From Octopus sinensis (lineage: Eukaryota): DNA of 64,000 bases. The stretch covers positions 96,968,001 to 97,032,000 of the forward strand of contig NC_043006.1 in NCBI RefSeq assembly GCF_006345805.1, in the 5' to 3' direction. Position 1 is the stretch's first letter. Every line of letters begins with the position of its first letter. Below are positions 56,050 through 64,000 of the stretch, piece after piece. The position numbers and the translations under genes are program-made. A model generated the notes under the pieces. It ran no database searches. It worked only from the letters and a program-made list of their open reading frames with translations, and was not told the DNA's origin.

Positions 56050-56460
56050 CCCCTGCTCCCGAACCCGTTGCAATACTTCCACGTCCATCGTTCATCCAAA
56101 ACATTACTACACTTGTTGGACCCAACATTACTAACCATTTTACTTACAGTACAACAAGATTTAATCAATTGCATTACATGTCTTCAAAGTCGCTCTTTAT
56201 ACATTGGCCAAATGAGGCGTGGATTAGCGGACTGCAAGACACCTAAGAGGCATTCGTTTAAATAACGCCGCACCACTTGCTGTTCATCACTTCAATTCCC
56301 CCGTGCACGTCATTTCCAACCTTTCAGTCAGTAGCGTCTTTTTACATCACGCCTCACTCATTTCTCGCTATCACAAAGAACAGCACCTCATTTTTAACCT
56401 TAGACGCTCCTCTTCCTTCAGTATAAACAGCCAAGTTCCGTTCACCGAACTCTAGTTTTG
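56050..56460 (+). mobile_element. Penelope-like GIY-YIG remnant
   Basis: DLINCITCLQSRSLYIGQMRRGLAD...HHFNSP..H motif. Confidence 0.75.
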
Positions 56461-56714
56461 TACATAACACATTCTGTATATAACACATCCTATACATGCA
56501 AATTTAACCTACACATCCATAGTCTACATTAACTAATTTTACACAACCATGTCTTTATACAACCTAAATATATCACACAAACACACAGAGGCACGCACAC
56601 ATGCACACACGCACACACGCACATATCAACATACTAACATACTGCTAACTTCACAAATACTCATTACTCTATACATACACTCATGCATAAACCTATTGCA
56701 CAGGTATACACATT

Positions 56715-57121
56715 AGGAGGAGTGGCTGTGTGGTAAGTAGCTTGCTAACCAACCACATGGTTCTGGGTTCAGTCCCACTGCGTGGCATCTTGGGCAAGTG
56801 TCTTCTGCTATAGCACCGGGCCGACCAATGCCTTGTGAGTGGATTTGGTGGACGAAACTGAAAGAAGCCTGTCGTATATATGTATATATATATAAGTGTG
56901 TGTGTATATGTTTGTGTGTCTGTGTTTGTTCCCCTAGCATTGCTTGACAACCGATTCTGGTGTGTTTACGTCCCCGTCACTTAGCGTTTCGGCAAAAGAG
57001 ACCGATAGAATAAGTACTGGGCTTACAAAGAATAAGTCCCGGGGTCGATTTGCTCGACTAAAGGCGGTGCTCCAGCATGGCCGCAGTCAAATGACTGAAA
57101 CAAGTAAAAGAGTAAAAGAGT
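56715..57121 (+). mobile_element. SINE family A, full length
   Basis: Match to 710-1126. Confidence 0.93.
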
Positions 57122-58121
57122 ATTACTTCTCCCTATCTTCTCCATTTTAATCCTACCTTCTTTCTTCTCAGCCTTTTACTTGACGCCTTCCACACTAACC
57201 CTTCTCTTCCTCATTCACTTCCGCACCGTTCGTAGCAGCAAAATCCCCCACATCTTCGCCAAATTTTGGCACCACCCAACCCGTTTCTCTACTTCCTGTT
57301 TTACAACCAAACGCATGTAGATGAAAGTTACTCACGTACTTTAAAAAGGCGTCCTTTCTTTTCATGCGTTCTTTTTTTCTTGCTCATTTCTTTTTTTATT
57401 CCACATTGATAAGTGTAGAATAATTTTGTCTACCTGTTGTAATCTCTCATGTTGTCACAAGTCCGTTTCTTATTCCACCTCGATCCATTTGTGTTACTTC
57501 ACAAATAAATGTAAATATACCTGTGTGTGTGTGTGCGTGTATGTAAAAGAAATGCTTGTTTTGTTGTGTCTAGGGAGAGTCATTTTTTTTTGTGCCTTAT
57601 AATTTAACATATCGGTAAAATTTCCACTTATTTCTTATATTTATTTTCCTAAAATGCTTGTTCGATGGCATTAAAAAGCGGCCTAAAGAACTGTCTGCTA
57701 TTCATGTGATGAAGCTGAGAGCAGTTGTTATTGTTATTTTTAATCGACCAATTTTACACCATCGCCCCCCTTTTCCCCTCCCACAAAGACTTGCACACAT
57801 ATACGAAATCAAATCACGCGTCTACCCTAAAGTGGAAGACCATAAGACTACTCTACCAGAGAGACCCGGCATCGAAATTCAAAGAGACAGACGAGACCGG
57901 AATGGGTAGACGGAGGGTGTGCAACACAGCAAGGGATAGGTTAAGGACTTATAATAAGTTTGAAAGAAACAACTTATTAAGCGCAAAAATGCAGTCGCAT
58001 CAGCAAACAGGTTTCGCGGAAATAGAATTTTGTTTACGATTTTGTGTTAAAATACCACAATTATTGACCATGTTTCAGCGAATTATTGGGTTGTCCGGAA
58101 AGTTCATGCCGATTTATAGTA

Positions 58122-58200
58122 GCTTCATCAGGTGTCTTGGGGAAATTTGGAACCTGGATTCTCATTCCTAAGGTATTTCTCGATGTTGTTGTTGTTGTTG
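58122..58200 (-). mobile_element. 3' body of the tRNA-headed, hammerhead-tailed element (split by the Dong LINE)
   Basis: Reverse complement AACATCGAGAAATACCTTAGGAATGAGAATCCAGGTTCCAAATTTCCCCAAGACACCTGATGAAG matches 61728-61792. Confidence 0.8.
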
Positions 58201-58218
58201 TTGCTGTTTTTGTTGCTG

Positions 58219-58292
<74 letters not shown>

Positions 58293-58296
<4 letters not shown>

Positions 58297-61200
58297 TATG
58301 TTTGACTTTTGCTTTACATTTGCACAAGTTGGCTCCAAGTCTCACCCAGAGACCTCAAGAGACAACAGGTTGGAAGTTCATGTTGTGTTATGCCTAGGGT
58401 GCCATATATTTGGTTTTGTACTTTGTGCTGTACTAGTGAATGCCTAAACAAACATACGAAAATTATGTTTGTTTAAAAACTTGAGATTACATAGAAAGTA
58501 TTTTGCGTAGGATATGAGCAGTTCCCATGAGCACTATCTTTTGAATTTCTGCCATTTTGGGGTTTCCTGGTATCTGAGGTGGGTAACAATCAGCCCCTTT
58601 TGCTATCATTCCCAGGGCACCTATGACAACAGGTATTATTTTAGTCTTCAACTTCCACATTTTGCTGATTTCTATTTCAAGATCTTTATATTTGCTTAGT
58701 TTTTGGTAGGTCTTGACAGATACGTTTATATCGATTGGGACAGTCATATCAATGAGGAGCCATGTTTTTTGTCTGAAGTTTTCAATATGACGTCTGGCCT
58801 ATTTGCTTCTATCTTTCTGTCAGTTTGAATGGGGAAGTTCCAGAGGAGTGAGATGTGGTCATTTTCAAGCACTGGAGGTGGTTAGTGTTCCCACCAGTTT
58901 TTTTCATGTGGTAAATCCACGTTTTTGCAGATTATCCAGTGAATATATTGTGCAGCTCTATCATGCCTGTTGAGATACTCTGTAGGCGCCAGAAGACTGC
59001 ACTTGGAGACAACATGATCAATGGTTTCATTTTGTTGTTGACATACTCGACATGTTGGGCTACTACCGTTCTTTAATACGTTGGCCTGGTAGTTCCTTGT
59101 TGGTAGGCATTGATCTTGAGCTGCTATGATAAACCCTTCTGTGTCAGATTTTAAGCCAGAGGCCATTAGCCATTGATGGGTAAGGGCTTTGTCAACATCT
59201 GCATTATTCGCTCTCTTTGGGTATTTGCCATTGAGATGTTTTTCTTGCCATTTATCATTCAGAATATCTAAGGCCGCAGTTTTAGCACGGCTTTTCATGC
59301 GCTTAGCTTTTTCTGTGCTTGTTTCTTGTGTGTCAAATTCCGGAATTTGTTGTATTCGGAATTCACTTAGATATTCCTTTGCCTGTTTTGTTACTGAGTA
59401 TGATGCTTTCTTGTTTTCATGTTTTGAGACAAGTTTTAACATCCAGTCCTCAGAGTTTTTCAGGTAGGTGTCTAGGCCAATTGTAGCAACCTTCATTGTT
59501 ATTGCCAGTTGCAAAAACCCACGGCCTCCCTCCTTTTTTGGTAGATAAAGTCGTTCTATATCTGCCTTAGGGTGGTGCATTCTATACATTGTCAACAGTT
59601 TTCGTATTTTTCTGTCAAGAATACATATTTCAGTAATTGACCAGTTAACGATATTGAAACTGTAAGTCACGACTAGTATGGCTAATGCATTGATCGCTTC
59701 GATCTTGTTTCTCGCATTCAGCTGTCTTGAGTATTGCTCTTACTCTGCGATAACATTCTCTCCTGATCCTTTCCTTCATCACTGAATGCCTTATTCCATC
59801 CCTTTCAATTACCCCTAGGTACTTGTAGCTCTTCGCTGGGTCTAATTCTTTTATGACATTCTGCTGGTCAAGGTTAACGTTAAATGTTTCTGTCATTTTT
59901 CCTTTGATAAAGGTAGCTTTTGCACATTTATCGAGGCCAAATTGCATTCTGATGTCATCACTGAATTGTTTGACAATCACTAGTAAGCCCTTGAGTTGTT
60001 GGTCATTTTTTGCAAAGAGCTTTAAATCATCCATGTAAATGAGATGATTTATATTTTTATCAAACATTTTATATCCGTACTGCGCGTCATTGAGCAATTT
60101 TGAGAGAGGTATTAAGAGGAGTGGTGACAGTGAGTCGCCTTGGAAAATGCCACATGAAATTTTTACATCACCAGCATTTAGAGATTCATTGTCACTGTTC
60201 AAAGTTAGTGTGGTTCTCCATGATCTCATACTTACAGACGAAAAGTTTCGTAGAGTAGGAGCTATTTTGTACATCTCTAGACATTTCTTAATCCAGCTAT
60301 GTGGTAGGCTATCAAAAGCCTTTTTATAGTCTATCCAGGCTATTGACAGGTTTTTGCGTCGTTTGTGACAATCTTCTAAGATCATCTTGTTGATGAGTAG
60401 CTGAACTTTACAACCATAGGATTCACGTTTACATCCTTTCTGTTCATTAGGGAATATGCTGCTTTCTGTCAAAAAACTATAGGTATATTCCGTCAGGACA
60501 GATGTTAGTGTTTTATACATAGTTGTTAAGCAGGTTATGGGTCTATAGTTTTTTGGTTCATTTGTTTCTTCCCTTTTTGGAAGCAGGAATGTTAACCCAT
60601 TAACTAGCCAAGGAGGCATCCTACTAGGCTGTTGCAAAACATCATTGTAACGTTCTGTTAACAGTTCATGGCTCTCTGGGAAGGTATTCAACCAGAAGTT
60701 AGGAATTTTATCCTTTCCTGGAGACTTCCATTTGCTTGACCTCCTGAGAGCAGATCTTACATCTTCTACCTTGACACCCACCCACTTTTGCTCTTCTAAG
60801 GAGTACAAGTCCGTAGCTATTCTATCAATCCAAGGGGCTTTTTCGTTGTGTGCTTTTTCTTCTGCCCAAATATAATTCCAAAGACCGTGCACTTCGGCTT
60901 TTGATGGTACAGACTTTACAGTAACTGGTGTTTTCCCTATCTTCCTGTAAACATTTTTGGGGTTATTTTTGAACATGTTGTTGTCCCTGAAGAATCTAAC
61001 ACGCTTTTCATACCTCGCTATGCAGGCTGCTTTCGCAGATGCCTTTTGTTTGATGGTTTCTATGGTGGCATCAATATCAAGTATAGTTTTCATATATTTT
61101 TTCTTTAATTTTTGGGTTTTTGTAGGTTTGGTAGTCTTGTCAACCTTAAGGTTTTTCAAACATTCAATGTCAGACCTAAGTAGTTTAATTTGATGTTGGA

Positions 61201-61497
61201 TACACTCTTGCTAAGAAGGCTTTTTGTGGGAATGTTGCCATTTTCTAATCTTTTCACCACATATGATCGTTGAGATTTTTGCGGATGCATAGTACAGGTG
61301 GTTGAGATCTGTGATATTAACATCATTAGCTGAAATTATATCCTTAAGTGCAAGCCTGATTTTACCAATTATTTTCATGTTTTGGTTAGAGTTGCAGATT
61401 CTCGGGAGTGTATCGCGTTCATCCAAATAGGTTTCTTTAAGTTTCAGCCATGCAATCATCATTTGATTCTTTAGTTCACGTAGTTCAGTTGGGTCAA

Positions 61498-61498
<1 letters not shown>
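58293..61498 (-). mobile_element. R4/Dong-clade non-LTR retrotransposon, 5'-truncated and frameshifted
   Basis: RT motifs NYRPITCL, WIDYKKAFDS, GIFQGDSLSP and YMDDLKL; CCHC knuckle CRVC..ETIDHVVSKC; RHD; RLE end KYKDL..PVVIGALG. (AAT)n on both sides, matching the known TAA-repeat target of Dong. Confidence 0.95.
59645..61159 (-). pseudogene. Reverse transcriptase domain ORF of the Dong element (504-aa fragment)
   Basis: Full RT motif set. Continuity with 58882-59670 requires a frameshift near 59720. Confidence 0.9.
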
Positions 61499-61540
<42 letters not shown>

Positions 61541-61557
61541 TTATTATTATTATTATT

Positions 61558-61630
61558 CTGGTCACTGCCTGGAATCGAACTCGGAATCTTGGGGTTAGTA
61601 GCCCGTGCTCTTAACCAATGCGCCATATGT
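61558..61630 (-). mobile_element. tRNA-derived head (A and B box) of the element split by Dong
   Basis: TGGCGCATTGGTTAAGAGCACGGGCTACTAACCCCAAGATTCCGAGTTCGATTCC. Confidence 0.8.
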
Positions 61631-61654
61631 CCGTTATTGCTGGTGTAGTAGAAA

Positions 61655-61905
61655 ACCTAACCCCAAGATTCCGAGTTCGATTCCAGGCAGTGACCTGAAT
61701 AATAATAATGATAACAATAATAATACCAACATTGAAAAATACCGTAGGAATGAAAACCCAGGTTCAAAATTTCTCCAAGACACCTGATGAAGGTTGATCA
61801 GCCGAAACGTCGTGGTAACAACAAACAAGATGGGGACAAATATCCGTCAATTGTAAATAATGTAAATAATGTACATAATTCCTCATCTCTTAAATATAGA
61901 ACTGT
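61655..61905 (+). mobile_element. Inverted second copy: partial tRNA head, (AAT)n, body and minimal hammerhead (61781-61814)
   Basis: CTAACCCCAAGATTCCGAGTTCGATTCCAGGCAGTGACC-(AAT)n-...cac-CTGATGA-aggttgatcagcc-GAAA-cg-TC-gtg. Confidence 0.75.
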
Positions 61906-62500
61906 ATTCAGTTCTCTTTTCATGAACCCCGAGGTCGATAATATAAACACCATTGCTGATTCTACTGATCCAGACTAACTTGTCATTACATTCAAATTTA
62001 GTAAATATATTTTTAATTACTTTAAATTCCTGATTTGTCTTCTCTTCTTTTTTTTTTGACCACAATTAATCGTTAAGTTAATTAATTTTTTTTTTATTTC
62101 TCTTTACAAGTCTAATAGTAATTAATCAAAGTTTATTGACTCGCAACACTGAATCTGCTTATGTTCAAATTTCATTGGATTTTTTTGTTGTTGTATGCAG
62201 TAAGCGTCCCTAGGAGAGCGTGTCAGTATAGTGGAGGGGATTCGTGAATTAGTTGCGTAGGTTGACCTGGGGGTGAATTGGGGGAAGACTACATAAAGAA
62301 ACATTACAAGGTGCTAGGTTATAAAGTCACTGGGCCAGAGACGTAACGATGGCATCCTAGCGGAACGTCTGCTAGGAAGTAGTGTGGTGGGAAGTGATCG
62401 CATGTCCCTCAGGGGACGGCTGGTATAAACTAAATTAGCTACTCGGATGTATGGCATTTCGTCTGTCTATATTAGGTCTGTAATATATGTTTGTATGTAC

Positions 62501-62637
<137 letters not shown>

Positions 62638-62650
62638 TATATATATATGC

Positions 62651-62687
<37 letters not shown>

Positions 62688-62810
62688 CACACATATATAT
62701 ATTTACACATATATTGTACAGATATAGATGCATATCCATATATAAATGCATATATAGACACATACAAATATCTCTGTACGTACGAATGTAATAATGTGTG
62801 CACGTGTGTG

Positions 62811-62841
<31 letters not shown>

Positions 62842-63163
62842 AGAGAGAGAGAGAGAGAGAAAGCAGGAGATAGAGAAAGAAAGAAGTAGATACGTATGTG
62901 TGTATTATGTATGTATGTATGTACGTATGTATGTATGCATGCGCATGTGTGTGAACATGTGTGCGTGTATAGAAAGAGGTAGGGTAGGAAATATACAGAG
63001 ACAGATAAATATACACACGTAGATATGCAAGAAAATTAGTAAAACGCGCTTTCCATGAATGTATGTGTTTCGTGACTTCATTATAACTTTAATAATAATT
63101 TTATTAATTAAAAATTTATGACGAAAATCGCCAGATATCTTTAAAGAGAAAAATACAGAAGTT

Positions 63164-63228
<65 letters not shown>

Positions 63229-63424
63229 CTCACACAGACATACTCTCTCTTTCACTCTCTCTCACTCTGTTTCTCATTCCGTGTCTCATTCTCGGAATCT
63301 CACTCTCTCTTTCCCTACCCACCCCTTCTCTCTCTGTCACATTTGAACACAAGCTCTTTCTCGTAACTATAAGCTTATATACATGTTTGTTTTTGTTTCT
63401 ATTTGCATTCTTTTACTGGTTGCT

Positions 63425-63587
63425 TACGAGATGGTATCAAGAAGTTCTCGGACTAGTTCTGTAGACCACCAACAGATGGCAGCACACGGTTGCGTGCGCA
63501 GTGACCTTCACGAGACAGTGTGCCGACTGAAATCGCTGTGTTTACTTCGCAGGTTGTGAAATTTGTGTTTTCGTGATCACGTGTATA
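63425..63587 (+). mobile_element. Mariner-type terminal fragment
   Basis: TA|CGAGATGGTATCAAGAAGTTCTCGGACT resembles mariner TIRs. Confidence 0.55.
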
Positions 63588-63814
63588 CTCTTTTCTTTTA
63601 CTCTTTTTACTTTCAGTCATTTGACTGTGGCCATGCTAGAGCACCGCCTTTAGGCGAGCAAATCGACCCTGAGACTTATTCTTTGTAAGCCTAGTACTTA
63701 TTCTATCGGTCTCTTTTGCCGAACCGCTATGTTACGGGAACGTAAACACACCAGCATCGGTTGTCAAGCGATATTGGGGGGACAAACACAGACACACAAA
63801 CACACACACATACA

Positions 63815-63871
<57 letters not shown>

Positions 63872-64000
63872 ATATATATATATATATTATATATATATAT
63901 ATATAATATATATATATATACATATATACGACGGGCTTCTTTCAGTTTCCATCTACCAAATCCACTCACAAGACTTTGGTCTGCTCGAGGCTATAGTAGA
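63588..64000 (-). mobile_element. SINE family A, running off the window end
   Basis: Reverse-complement match to 710-1126. Confidence 0.9.

Noticed and set aside
61558-61630. Functional tRNA gene (ACT anticodon)
   Set aside because: Poor acceptor and anticodon stems; part of a repeated element.

Overview
AT-rich, microsatellite-saturated animal genomic DNA. The SINE families and repeat landscape suggest an octopus (inference). There is one 100-N scaffold gap. I find no intact host protein-coding gene; nearly all listed ORFs are translations of simple repeats. The window is a transposon graveyard. It holds three (AAT)n-targeted R4/Dong-type RLE LINEs (one 3.2 kb), two CR1-group LINE 3' ends, Penelope-like RT/GIY-YIG remnants, several Tc1/mariner relics, a Helitron 3' end and dozens of copies of at least four tRNA-derived SINE families (A-D, my labels). 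The most notable points are: (1) many short inverted or direct Penelope-type repeats carrying minimal type-I hammerhead ribozymes, one pair with a compensatory base-pair change; (2) a tRNA-headed, hammerhead-tailed element, a candidate Pol III SINE mobilised by Penelope; (3) a SINE that appears to re-insert at a motif inside itself, building 184-bp arrays; (4) visible SINE-LINE 3' tail sharing with a structurally conserved hairpin.
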